The translations under genes were made by a program, and so were the position numbers. Positions 12,275 to 21,996 of a stretch of DNA of 64,000 bases are shown here, in pieces. The stretch is from the NCBI GenBank assembly GCA_963717525.1, contig OY970343.1:1408001-1472000 (forward strand), written 5' to 3'. This DNA comes from an uncultured Methanoregulaceae archaeon (GTDB taxonomy: Archaea > Halobacteriota > Methanomicrobia > Methanomicrobiales > Methanospirillaceae). Each line of letters starts with the position of its first letter. The stretch's first letter is position 1. The notes beneath the pieces were generated by a model, which saw nothing but the letters and a program-made list of their open reading frames with translations, had not been told where the DNA came from and ran no database searches.

Positions 12275-12387
12275 CGCGCACCTTCTTGGATTTGTGAGAT
12301 ACCGGGCCGGAGATACCTCCATCGCTCACAAACCTTTATTTCTCCTCCTGATGAAATGATATGGCTGCATCACTGCTGACTGATGAG

Positions 12388-12422
12388 TAATGAAGGGGCA
12401 AACTGGCTCCTGAATGAGGTGA
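12388..12422 (+). promoter_or_regulatory. Kink-turn in the 5' leader of rpl7ae, adjacent to the SD sequence
   Basis: AAU bulge + GAAGGGGC (12392-12399) pairs with GCUCCUGA (12406-12413) with tandem G.A/A.G; GAGGTGA SD at 12416-12422. Confidence 0.6.
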
Positions 12423-12425
12423 GTT

Positions 12426-12794
12426 ATGGCAAAAGGATACGTAAAAACCGAGGCTCCTGAGGAGCTCCAGAACAAGGCGCTCGAAGCCCTTGAAGTTGCA
12501 AGAGACACCGGGAAGATCAAGAAGGGTTCAAACGAGGCAACAAAAGCCATCGAACGCAGCGCTGCACTGCTTGTTTTAATCGGCGCTGATGTCGAACCCG
12601 CAGAGATCGTTATGCACCTGGCTCCGCTGTGCGATGAGAAAAAGATCCCTTACATCTTCATCAACAAACAAAACGACATCGGTGCCGCCAGTGGCCTTGA
12701 CGTCGGTTCTGCCGCTGCGGCGATCGTCAAGCCCGGCAAGGCAAAAGAAGTGATTGAGGATCTTGGGAAGCAGCTGGTTGCCTTAAAGGCATAA
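12426..12794 (+). CDS. rpl7ae: 50S ribosomal protein L7Ae
   Basis: [24 protein letters not shown]. Confidence 0.98.
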   Translation: MAKGYVKTEAPEELQNKALEALEVARDTGKIKKGSNEATKAIERSAALLVLIGADVEPAEIVMHLAPLCDEKKIPYIFINKQNDIGAASGLDVGSAAAAIVKPGKAKEVIEDLGKQLVALKA

Positions 12795-12803
12795 GGTGCG
12801 CTC

Positions 12804-13013
12804 ATGGCAGACGACGCAACGCCCGCAGAAGTCATCGAGGTTGTCGGTTCCACCGGTATGCATGGGGAAGCGATGCAGGTCAAGTGCCGGATCCTTGATG
12901 GCAATAACAAAGGTCGCATTATCACCCGCAACACGGTCGGGCCCATCCGGGAAGGAGATGTTATCATGCTCCTCGAGACCGAACGCGAGGCAAAAAAACT
13001 GTCGAGGCGGTGA
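12804..13013 (+). CDS. rps28e: 30S ribosomal protein S28e
   Basis: [15 protein letters not shown]...ETEREA. Confidence 0.98.
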   Translation: MADDATPAEVIEVVGSTGMHGEAMQVKCRILDGNNKGRIITRNTVGPIREGDVIMLLETEREAKKLSRR

Positions 13014-13018
13014 CCCTC

Positions 13019-13210
13019 ATGGTTGAACAGCACATCTGCAATTTCTGTGGTGCACAGCTCGAGCCGGGCACTGGCAAGATGTTCATCAAGAAAGATGGCA
13101 CGATCTTCTATTTCTGCAGCACCAAGTGCCAGAATAACCACAAACTGGGCAGGGTTCCCCGCCGGGTTGAGTGGACGGCTGCAGGACAGAAGGGTACAAA
13201 CAAGGAGTGA
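13019..13210 (+). CDS. rpl24e: 50S ribosomal protein L24e
   Basis: CNFCG..EPGTG..FCSTKC..PRRVEWT. Confidence 0.97.
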   Translation: MVEQHICNFCGAQLEPGTGKMFIKKDGTIFYFCSTKCQNNHKLGRVPRRVEWTAAGQKGTNKE

Positions 13211-13218
13211 TCTCCCGT

Positions 13219-13671
13219 ATGGATCGCACCTTTGTGATGGTCAAGCCGGACGGTGTCCAGCGCGGACTTGTCGGTGAGATCGTCACCCGGCTTGAGGCAA
13301 AAGGCCTCAAACTTGTGGCAGCCCGTTTCGAGGTACTGCCCGAGGCCCGGGTCACCGAACAGTACCGGGAACACCTTTCGAAAGCGTTCTTCCCGTCCCT
13401 GAAATCCTATATCATGGGAGGTCCCTGCTTCCTGATGGTCTGGGAAGGCAGGAATGTGGTCGCGATCGTCAGGAAGATCATCGGCGCCACAAACCCGCAG
13501 GAAGCGGGGCCCGGCACCATCCGGGGCGATTTCGGGATCGATATCGGCAGGAATGTGATCCACGCCTCCGATTCTCCCGAGAGTGCCGCACGGGAGATTG
13601 GCATCCATTTCAAACCCGCCGAACTATTCGCATATACCCGGATTGACGAATCCGTGCTATACGAATATTGA
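13219..13671 (+). CDS. ndk: Nucleoside-diphosphate kinase
   Basis: [28 protein letters not shown]. Confidence 0.98.
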   Translation: MDRTFVMVKPDGVQRGLVGEIVTRLEAKGLKLVAARFEVLPEARVTEQYREHLSKAFFPSLKSYIMGGPCFLMVWEGRNVVAIVRKIIGATNPQEAGPGTIRGDFGIDIGRNVIHASDSPESAAREIGIHFKPAELFAYTRIDESVLYEY

Positions 13672-13721
13672 AATTCTTTTTTACCAGAACCTCTATTATC
13701 CATAAGGACTGTCTTTTCATT

Positions 13722-14372
13722 ATGACCGATGACCTGCTCAGTTTCTCCCTGCTGTGCTTATCCTCCATCATTATCATTGTTAACCCGCTGGGCGCGACAC
13801 TGACCTACATTGCCCTGACGGAGAACCTGGAAAAGCAGGTAAAGGAGCAGATCATCAGGGATGCCTGTACCATCGCGCTTGCGATCCTCATTCTTGTGGG
13901 CATTGCCGGGACGATCATCCTTCAAATCCTGGGGATTTCCCTTGAAGCGTTCCAGATCGCCGGCGGCATCCTGCTCTTTGGGATCGGTATGGAAATGGTC
14001 TATGCAAAGACCTCACGCACCAATCTTACGGCAACCGAGAAATATGAATCGCGGGAAAACGAAGATGTCGCAGTGATGCCGTTAGCCATCCCTATGATTG
14101 CCGGCCCCGGGGCGATCACCACAACCATCGTCTTCACAGACGATGTAATAGCGGGATCCATCGTTGAGCGGCTCGTGATCTTTGTATCGATCGGGATAGC
14201 GATCGCAATCACCTATTTTATGATGCGGAACGCTGAATATATCATACGCAAGATAGGCCAGCGGCAGTACCGGGTAATCAACCGGTTGCTGGGGATGCTG
14301 CTTATTGCTATCGCCGTGCAGTTCGTGATCACGGGGATAAAAATTGCGTTTCCGCTGACCGGAGCAACATAA
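13722..14372 (+). CDS. MarC family membrane protein
   Basis: NPLG, AFQIAGGILL, PLAIPMIAGPG. Confidence 0.92.
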   Translation: MTDDLLSFSLLCLSSIIIIVNPLGATLTYIALTENLEKQVKEQIIRDACTIALAILILVGIAGTIILQILGISLEAFQIAGGILLFGIGMEMVYAKTSRTNLTATEKYESRENEDVAVMPLAIPMIAGPGAITTTIVFTDDVIAGSIVERLVIFVSIGIAIAITYFMMRNAEYIIRKIGQRQYRVINRLLGMLLIAIAVQFVITGIKIAFPLTGAT

Positions 14373-14563
14373 TGTCTGACTGGGATTTTGCAACCGTGGC
14401 CCTGATACTTGTCGGTTGCAGTATCATTGCGGCAGGGATTATCATAGCCGCCATGCTCCTTGGCTTTCTCCGTTCATCCTCCCAGTTCCTTTTGCTCACT
14501 ACAATTATTCTCATTGTAATGGGAGCTGCAGTGGTCCTGTATGTTGACCGGAGAAGCACCTGA
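14372..14563 (+). CDS. Small two-TM hypothetical protein
   Basis: Start overlaps the MarC stop; two hydrophobic helices. Confidence 0.6.
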   Translation: MSDWDFATVALILVGCSIIAAGIIIAAMLLGFLRSSSQFLLLTTIILIVMGAAVVLYVDRRST

Positions 14564-14583
14564 TCTTTTCTGGAGATGGCCCG

Positions 14584-15384
14584 ATGCGATGCTGCAGCGC
14601 CCAGGTAAGTGGCGTATGGGAATCTCCGGACCAGACGCTTGAAAAAGCAGAGGAGTGTTTTTCACGTGCTGCCCGATCCGGGGCAGCACTGATCTCGTTT
14701 CCCGAGCAGTTTACGACCGGCTGGGATCCCCGTTCTACAAAAAACACCGAAGATCTCACTGGCGAAATCGTGGCCGGGTTCAAAAAACTGGCTAAGAAGC
14801 ATGCGATCGCCGTCATCGGATCGTTCCGGGAGACATTCTCCCCAAAACCAAGGAACACTGCTATTGCGATCAGCCGCAACGGCGAGATCCTGGCCACGTA
14901 CGCAAAAATCCATCTCTTTACCCCCGGGAACGAGGATCAGGCTTTTACTCCGGGTAACGAGCTTGCGACATTTACTCTTGAGGGTGTGCATATGGGCCTT
15001 GCCATCTGTTACGATCTCCGTTTCCCGGAGATCTTCCGGTTGTACCGGCGCGAAGGGGTGCATGCGGTGATCGTCCCCGCGGCATGGCCACAGAGCCGGC
15101 TCCGGCACTGGGAACTCTTCATCCAGTCCCGGGCGGCGGAGAACCAGATGTATGTCGCAGGCGTGAATACGACCGGGACAAATCCTGTCGACCAGTATGC
15201 CGGGGTGTCCATGACCGCCGATCCGCACGGGACGATCATCGCACGGGCGGGCGCAGGAAACGAACTTTTGTTTTATGAGATCGATCCCCGGTTCGTGGAG
15301 CGGGTCCGCCGGGAGTTTCCTGTGGATAATGACCGCAGGGACGCATTGTACGGTTCTCTCATGGAAAAACGTCAGGAGAAGTAG
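14584..15384 (+). CDS. Carbon-nitrogen hydrolase (nitrilase/omega-amidase family)
   Basis: FPE, YAKIHLF, ICYDLRFPE catalytic triad. Confidence 0.93.
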   Translation: MRCCSAQVSGVWESPDQTLEKAEECFSRAARSGAALISFPEQFTTGWDPRSTKNTEDLTGEIVAGFKKLAKKHAIAVIGSFRETFSPKPRNTAIAISRNGEILATYAKIHLFTPGNEDQAFTPGNELATFTLEGVHMGLAICYDLRFPEIFRLYRREGVHAVIVPAAWPQSRLRHWELFIQSRAAENQMYVAGVNTTGTNPVDQYAGVSMTADPHGTIIARAGAGNELLFYEIDPRFVERVRREFPVDNDRRDALYGSLMEKRQEK

Positions 15385-15434
15385 CCATCTCTTTAACGCT
15401 CGCCTATATGTACCCGGAAAACCAATAACTCACC

Positions 15435-16640
15435 ATGTACCATCTCGTATGCGTTCACTGCGGTGCCACGTATCCCGCTGACGAGATCCTCTACAACTGT
15501 AAAAAATGCGGCCACCTGCTGGCGGTGAAATACCCCCTCGATACTATCACCGTAAAGCGTACAACCTGGGACGCCCGCCCGCTCTCGGTCTGGCGCTACA
15601 AGGAACTCCTGCCGGTGCATATCAAGCCGGTGTCCCTGCACGAAGGGGGCACACCCCTCTACCACTTAAAACGTCTCGGAAAAGAGATGGGCCTCCCTCA
15701 TCTTTACGCCAAGCACGAAGGCATGAATCCTTCGGGTTCTTTCAAGGACCGCGGGATGACCGTGGGTGTCTCGATGGCGCTCCAGCTCAATAAAAAGAGT
15801 GTTGCCTGCGCAAGCACGGGAAATACCTCGGCCAGCCTCGCGGTATATGCCGCAAAGGCAGGGATTCCGGCTGTCGTGCTCCTCCCGGCAGGGCATGTCG
15901 CAGTCGGGAAGATTGCGCAGGCACTGATGCACGGTGCAAAGGTCATCTCCATCAGGGGCAACTTCGATCGTGCGCTCGAAATGGTTCACGACCTTTGCCT
16001 CACGCACGGCCTGTACCTCCTGAACTCTATTAATCCCTACCGACTGGAGGGCCAGAAAACGATCGGGTTTGAGGCGATCGACCAGCTGGGATGCGTGCCC
16101 GACCGCATCGTTCTCCCGGTAGGCAATGCAGGAAATATCTCTGCCGTGTACAAGGGGCTGCTGGAACTCGAAGCACTCGATTTTATCGACCAGCTGCCAA
16201 AGATGACGGGTATCCAAGCCGCCGGCTCAAGCCCGGTGGTCAGGGCAATCAAGGAGAACCTGCCCACGGTACTGACTGAAGAGCATCCCGAAACCATCGC
16301 ATCGGCCATACGGATCGGCGCCCCGGTGAACGCCGAGAAGGCCCTTGTCGCGATCCGGATGACCGGCGGGACTGCGGAGTCAGTGACCGACGAAGAGATC
16401 CTTGCAATGCAGCGCGATCTCGCACGCAAGGAAGGTATTGGCGTAGAGCCGGCATCTGCCGCTTCCGTTGCCGGCATCCGCAAGCTTTGCGAAATGGGTG
16501 CGATCGATCGCGATGAGAAGATCGTGTGTGTAGTGACCGGCCACCTCTTAAAAGACCCGGATACGGTGATCAGGCAATGCGAACCTCCTGTCGAGATCGA
16601 AGCGGACCTGCCCTCGCTGCTCTCTGCGCTGCACTTGTAA
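15435..16640 (+). CDS. thrC: Threonine synthase
   Basis: NPSGSFKDRG PLP lysine, ASTGNTS, PVGNAGN. Confidence 0.96.
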   Translation: MYHLVCVHCGATYPADEILYNCKKCGHLLAVKYPLDTITVKRTTWDARPLSVWRYKELLPVHIKPVSLHEGGTPLYHLKRLGKEMGLPHLYAKHEGMNPSGSFKDRGMTVGVSMALQLNKKSVACASTGNTSASLAVYAAKAGIPAVVLLPAGHVAVGKIAQALMHGAKVISIRGNFDRALEMVHDLCLTHGLYLLNSINPYRLEGQKTIGFEAIDQLGCVPDRIVLPVGNAGNISAVYKGLLELEALDFIDQLPKMTGIQAAGSSPVVRAIKENLPTVLTEEHPETIASAIRIGAPVNAEKALVAIRMTGGTAESVTDEEILAMQRDLARKEGIGVEPASAASVAGIRKLCEMGAIDRDEKIVCVVTGHLLKDPDTVIRQCEPPVEIEADLPSLLSALHL

Positions 16641-17215
16641 TCGCATTGATCGCCCCCTCCGCATGGGCGCTCGATGCCACGTACCAGGTGCTGCCCAACG
16701 CTACCTCGTATGCCGCCCGGGTGGACATCGAAGATACGTCGAGCTACATGTTTGCCGACACCGACCTGCTGGGAGAGAATGTCCCGATCACCGTCACGAA
16801 TGTAAGCCTGATAGCAGAGAATGGCACAGCGGTGGATTTTAACTGGACAACCCAGTGGAGCGCGCCCTCGTCAATTACCTTCCCCCAAGGGAACTACACC
16901 GTTACCTATGTCGCCCCCCTGCATGACAACCAGTTCCAGGGTTCATTCCTCTCACCCTACAACGTGAGCGTGACCCTGCCCGGGGAGTACGATGTCCGTA
17001 ACCCACTTCTTGCCGGGCTCAGCCCGGGAGCAAACGTGACCCGGTTTTCGGATAATACCACACAGGTAACGTGGAACCAAACGCAGTCGTTCAATCTCCG
17101 GTTCTATGATCAGGCACGGGAAGATCTGCTGTACCTGTTCGCCGAGTTCATGATCATCCTCGCCGTCATCCTGTTAATGCCGTTTTTACTAATGCGAAAG
17201 CCGCCTGAAGGATAA
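16577..17215 (+). CDS. Secreted membrane-anchored protein (DUF5803-like)
   Basis: Signal peptide, YDVRNPLLAGLSPG, RFYD motif, C-terminal TM. Confidence 0.65.
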   Translation: MRTSCRDRSGPALAALCAALVIALIAPSAWALDATYQVLPNATSYAARVDIEDTSSYMFADTDLLGENVPITVTNVSLIAENGTAVDFNWTTQWSAPSSITFPQGNYTVTYVAPLHDNQFQGSFLSPYNVSVTLPGEYDVRNPLLAGLSPGANVTRFSDNTTQVTWNQTQSFNLRFYDQAREDLLYLFAEFMIILAVILLMPFLLMRKPPEG

Positions 17216-17343
17216 CGGGATCCTGATCACGGGGAGATTCAGATTTTTTGGTATTATCTCATGAGCCGGCCAATTCCAAAAGAGGGCTGGCTCCCTGAAC
17301 AAAACAGCAATGCTTATAGCAAGGTCTACCCAGCTCAGGTGAG

Positions 17344-17620
17344 ATGAAACGGGTTACCGCGATGGCAACCGGTAAAGTGCAGGGTGTAGGGTACCGGCAG
17401 TACGTGTCCGACTGCGCCCACCGGCTCGGGCTGCATGGCTCGGTGCAGAACATGCGTGACGGTTCGGTGTACATGATTGCGGAAGGGTCTCCTGCTGCAC
17501 TTGAAGATTTCATCCGGCAGGTTTGGGCCAGGGAAGAGTCTTTGATACATGTCGAGAACCTTCTGGTAACCGAGGGTGGCGCCACCGGGGAGTTCAAGGA
17601 GTTTCTGGGTGGAGTGGTAA
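17344..17620 (+). CDS. acyP: Acylphosphatase; apparent +1 frameshift near 17603
   Basis: GKVQGVGYR and VQNMRDGSV motifs; removing one T gives EFWVEW* at 17620 and avoids overlap with mch. Confidence 0.85.
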
Positions 17621-17690
17621 CTGCGGGCGCCTTTGAGATGCGTCATGATCCCCGACTAAAGCCAGACAAGAACCGAAAAAAGGAGAATAA

Positions 17691-18635
17691 TTACTGCAGC
17701 CCGAATGACTTCAGGGTCACATCGTTATTGACTGCACCGACATGGTAAACGCTGCCATCAGAGAGCTCGTTGATGACAACCTCGGCCGGGGAGAAGAGCG
17801 ATGTATCGATCTTGTAGAAGTCATACCCTGCTTCCTTGAAGATGTCGTTGAAGGGCTTACCGTAGCCCTTGGACTTGCTGCTGGGGATCTTCTCGAGATA
17901 ATCCTTGATCTCCGGCGCATTCATCGTGAGCTGGATCTGGCCGTGGTAAATGGTCGCATCGTTGGTAACTCCCATCGCACGTTTGGCCCCCCTGACCGGC
18001 GGAATCGGGGCCGTTCCGATAGCTGCCGTAATCTTTCTCGTGTCAAACCCAAGCTCGTTTAATTTGTAGATCGCCGTCTCCACGCAGCGCCCCGAGACCT
18101 GGATCGAACCGACAATCGAGGAAGTCGGCGCAACCACGGCACAGGTATTTGCCACATCGATGTGGCATTCCTCGGCAATCTTCTCCATGACCTCGCCGTT
18201 TGGCAGGTGATCGGACTCGAGGCAGATCACCGCGCAGTCGTAGTCATCCTCGTAGTCAATCACTTCAAAGGTGTGCTTGGGCTTGAGGGAGAGCGCCCGG
18301 GCCGGGCCACTGCCCATCGCAAAGTAGTTCCCCACCTTGACCGTCCAGCCGGCCTTCTGGGCCCCGAGGCAGGCAATCGAAGGAAAATCGGTATTCACAT
18401 CGATGAATGGCTGGGGGAACTCCTTTATCTGCCCCATCCTGAAGTTGACCTCTCCAAGACCGCCCATACAGATCTCGGTAAATGCCCTCCCTGCCGCATA
18501 CCCTCCCCGGGTACTTACACCACAGTCGACGATGCGTGCGCCATTGTCGAGTTCATGGTATGCTGCGTTAAACTCCTCGGCCAGATCGGCGAGGTTGTCA
18601 AATATTTCAAGTGCCAGTTCGTTAACACTTAACAT
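17691..18635 (-). CDS. mch: Methenyltetrahydromethanopterin cyclohydrolase
   Basis: ACLGAQKAGW, MGSGPARAL, GSIQVSGR, YDFYKID. Confidence 0.97.
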   Translation of the reverse strand: MLSVNELALEIFDNLADLAEEFNAAYHELDNGARIVDCGVSTRGGYAAGRAFTEICMGGLGEVNFRMGQIKEFPQPFIDVNTDFPSIACLGAQKAGWTVKVGNYFAMGSGPARALSLKPKHTFEVIDYEDDYDCAVICLESDHLPNGEVMEKIAEECHIDVANTCAVVAPTSSIVGSIQVSGRCVETAIYKLNELGFDTRKITAAIGTAPIPPVRGAKRAMGVTNDATIYHGQIQLTMNAPEIKDYLEKIPSSKSKGYGKPFNDIFKEAGYDFYKIDTSLFSPAEVVINELSDGSVYHVGAVNNDVTLKSFGLQ

Positions 18636-18704
18636 AGAAAGACCCCTGTCTCATAAGAAGAGGGTTCACAAATAGATAAGATTTTTGAAAATATTCCGTC
18701 GGCC

Positions 18705-19829
18705 TTATAAAAGATATTCCAGCACCCTGGCCGGTTCGTAACGGAGCGTGATCACCCTGGTCCTGCCTTTCCCTCCCCGGTACTGGAGGTTGACCAGCCG
18801 CATCGCATCCATCTTTTTGACAATTTCATAGAAGCGGGTGTACCCGATGGGCACCTTCTCTTTGATGGTTTTGTAGACCTCGCCGGCGTTCATCTCTGCT
18901 CCCGTGGCGCTTATCGTGGCAAGTTCCCGGAGGATCCTGCTCTCTTCGTCCTTAAGCGTCTTCAGCGTATATTCGAGATGCAGGTACTTTGAGACCGCGT
19001 ATGCTCCGCAGATATCCTCGCGCCCGATGCTGCGCCGTGCGGCCCTTTCTGCGTTGAAGGCTGCCCGTTTGAGGAGATCGATACCCACCCGCAGGTCTCC
19101 GCTCTTCTGTGTCTGCTCCACGACGAGATCCAGCATCTCGTCGCTCAAAACCCCACTGAAAAAACCCTGCATCACGCGGGCCGTCATAATCTCCCTCACC
19201 TCGGCATTCCCATAGGGAGGAAAATAGATCTCGGTGGGGCGGAAGACCGAGGAGACCCGGGCATCCACCGCACGGGAGAGATCCACATCCGGGTCGCTGA
19301 TGATCACAATAACCCCGATGCGGACGCCGTCGTAGGATTCATGGGCCCGGAGCAGCGTGTACAGCACCTTGTTGAGTTCATTCTCGTAGAGAAGGTAATT
19401 GGCATCATCAAGTGCGACGAGCAATACACACTCCTCTTTCTGGAGGATGCGGGCGACCGCGTCAAAGACCTGCTTGAAGGAAGTTCCCGAAGAAGGCGGG
19501 AGATGGCCGGAGAGTTTCCGGTAGATCTGGGAGAGAATGGCAAACTTGGTATTGTCGATCTGGCAGTTGATATGGACCGGCACCAGTTTTTTTGTTGTCT
19601 CTTCGATCTCCTGAAAGAGTTTTTTGACACTGGTCGTTTTGCCGGAACCGGGCAGGCCTTTGCAGATCGTATTGAGGGGTCGTCCGCCCCGGAGCCCCGG
19701 CCGTATCTGGAACGCGAGTTCGCGCATCTGGGTGTCACGGAACTCAAACTGCTCGGGGACATAATCGATCTCGAATACATCGGGGTCGCGGAACAACGAC
19801 TCGTCCCACATCAGCAGGTTCTTTTTCAT
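18705..19829 (-). CDS. cdc6: Orc1/Cdc6 DNA replication initiator
   Basis: DYVPE..RDTQ, Walker A GLPGSGKT, LDD, FPPY, GDLR, C-terminal wHTH GKGRT. Confidence 0.95.
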   Translation of the reverse strand: MKKNLLMWDESLFRDPDVFEIDYVPEQFEFRDTQMRELAFQIRPGLRGGRPLNTICKGLPGSGKTTSVKKLFQEIEETTKKLVPVHINCQIDNTKFAILSQIYRKLSGHLPPSSGTSFKQVFDAVARILQKEECVLLVALDDANYLLYENELNKVLYTLLRAHESYDGVRIGVIVIISDPDVDLSRAVDARVSSVFRPTEIYFPPYGNAEVREIMTARVMQGFFSGVLSDEMLDLVVEQTQKSGDLRVGIDLLKRAAFNAERAARRSIGREDICGAYAVSKYLHLEYTLKTLKDEESRILRELATISATGAEMNAGEVYKTIKEKVPIGYTRFYEIVKKMDAMRLVNLQYRGGKGRTRVITLRYEPARVLEYLL

Positions 19830-20155
19830 CGTTAGTACTCCATCTACGTTGCAAATAATAACAGCTCTGGTGACCGGTACCGGAGCGGACCGCGTAAAGA
19901 TCTGACCGGGGACCCCTTATCGCTCTGGAAGGATGAAAAAAAAAGAATATTTCGGAGGATAAAACGAAGATCTTCACTCAGGGCCTGGAGAAACGGACGG
20001 ATCTTGGTTTCTCCCTCTCGCAGGATATCCCCTCGATTATCAGGCTTGTCATTATCGAGAATAAAAAGCCGGGTCGGGTTCACAGGGTGAGCGGGGAAGC
20101 CTGAAGATCTGTTAAGATCTGACACCCCACAACGGTTAGCAAGCCGTATTCCTGA

Positions 20156-20353
20156 CTATCGATCCGTATAGGGCGTCAGTACGTTCAGGCGTGTCCCGCA
20201 GTGCCGGCAGGAGACCACCCTGGCATTGCGGAAATGATCCTGCGGCATCTTGTTGACAATTGTGCTCTCAGCGGCGCATGAGGGACAGGTGAACCGGATC
20301 ACGTATCCGGCTCTGGTGCCCTTGATCTCGGGATAGGATTTCTGGGCAGGCAT
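20156..20353 (-). CDS. Small zinc-ribbon protein
   Basis: 65 aa from MPAQKS with CPSC...CRHC. Confidence 0.7.
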   Translation of the reverse strand: MPAQKSYPEIKGTRAGYVIRFTCPSCAAESTIVNKMPQDHFRNARVVSCRHCGTRLNVLTPYTDR

Positions 20354-20771
20354 TATCAGGATAATTGGTTTTGTTCTTTTGACCGGCCTCTCCTTTCTGC
20401 AGGAGATCCGGGCTGCGATCAAAAAAAGTCTTGCAGGGTACCTGGATGAGGACATTTCCCCGGCCAATTAAGGATGGCAAAACCGTTGATGAGATAGTAC
20501 TCTTGGTGCCATAGCAGATAGTAGTATGGAATTACTCCCTGAAGCACGATCGTGCAGCAAGATTCCCTATTCGAGGTGGCTCTGAGGAAAAGGGGATCTC
20601 CGTATGTCTTGCCCGTGGAACATTCCCGCGAGGATCCCCGTCAGGTAAGCCTGATGTTCCGCATTATCCCGAAAAGTACGGAGTGGGAAATTTCGCCGGA
20701 AAAATTTTCCGGAAAGGGTATACATTTTTTAACAATGCACAATTGTCATTCAATAAAAAACGGGACTTGGA

Positions 20772-21049
20772 TCAGGGGGTCCCGGTGGGTTGGAGGAGAA
20801 GACGGCCACGGGATGTCAGCCGGAGAACAATCTCGCTGCTGGATTTCCCCCCATCAAGATAACGCTTGGAAAGAAGGACGCGGACCCGGACCGGATAGTG
20901 CTCTCGCTTCGGGCAGGATACAACGTGTGCACGACATGATTTATATGGCACCCTTGTTTATCAGCAACTGCCTGGAGGATATCAATTTGGATTGGGGTGG
21001 GCACAAATAGTTCGGGAGTTTCAAAGCTGATTTTTTCCATGGTTTCCAT
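20772..21049 (-). CDS. Small winged-helix DNA-binding protein; apparent -1 frameshift near 20886
   Basis: LTP-like IQIDILQ...SESTIRSG; adding one G to the GGG run continues VRVLLSKRYLDGGKSSSEIVLRLTSRG (MarR-like wing LT.RG) to stop at 20772. Confidence 0.7.
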
Positions 21050-21306
21050 AAATTGTCCTGGTGATTTTTTTATTAAAAGCGCAGATGGTAGAGGATATTT
21101 GATCCGCCCCGGCGAATCACCATAATATTATAGGGCGTATGAGATGAAGTAACCATGCATGGCACGATCGATTTTTCCGCAGAGAACGTGAGCGCAGAGC
21201 GATGATCGGCATTGAGGAATTGCCGGAGATGGTGGAGCGCCTCATTTTCAGGAGAAACAAAATTTATCACTATGGCAATTTAACAATTAAAATTAAACCA
21301 TCTCCT

Positions 21307-21326
21307 GGCAGATGATGAAAGTTACC
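21307..21326 (+). repeat. att direct repeat, left copy (GGCAGATGATGAAAGTTACC)
   Basis: Identical to 30126-30145. Confidence 0.9.
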
Positions 21327-21996
21327 GTATAATTTTAGTTGCAGATACTATGTATTTTAAGGCTTGATTTGAGCCCGAAATATTTACGAACTTTTCCTGT
21401 ATGACGGTGGAGATACTAAAACCGGCCTTTCTTTCACTTACCGCATACTTTTACCCATCGGCAGGGACTTTTGCCAAAAGAAGTGCCTTGGTGGGGCTTT
21501 ATTGACGGATAATTGCGGTTACAAAACGGCACGATCCCCGGGGGTTGTAATTGCTCCCCCAGGGAGTGTAAAAAATGCAGTAACGGTGGCGAAGCAGGGG
21601 TTCATCGCGGGAAGGTACCGGCCCGCTCGCCCCCGGTTACTGTTTGGCTGGCTTGCCGGTGCAAGGGAGATGGTTCCGGAAGTCTATCCGGTTCCGCATG
21701 ACTAAAACAAGACTCTTATAAACTTTAAGCACTTTAAGGGGAGGTTTTTCCCGTCAGTAAAAAACGGGTACCGCGGGCTCTGGCGTTCGTTACAGAACCA
21801 AGTCGTTCCCCTCAAAACATCCCACAACTAAAGTTCGTGGGCTTTCTGCCTGCTCTGATCGTAAACAGCCTGAACAGTCTGAACAACCGTTTTCAGATGT
21901 GGGCCCATTGAGAAAATAAGACTGGAAAGCCCGAAGGTCAATTAGGAAAGTTGAATAATATAACAGTATATATGAGGTGAATTAAGATGATGCCAT

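Noticed and set aside
19830..20150. Chromosomal origin (ORB array) upstream of cdc6; one ORB-like TTCCAGAGCGATAAGGGGTC on the minus strand (19911-19930) and several AGATCT copies
   Set aside because: Only one degenerate match, no paired ORBs around a clear AT-rich unwinding element; insufficient to call oriC.
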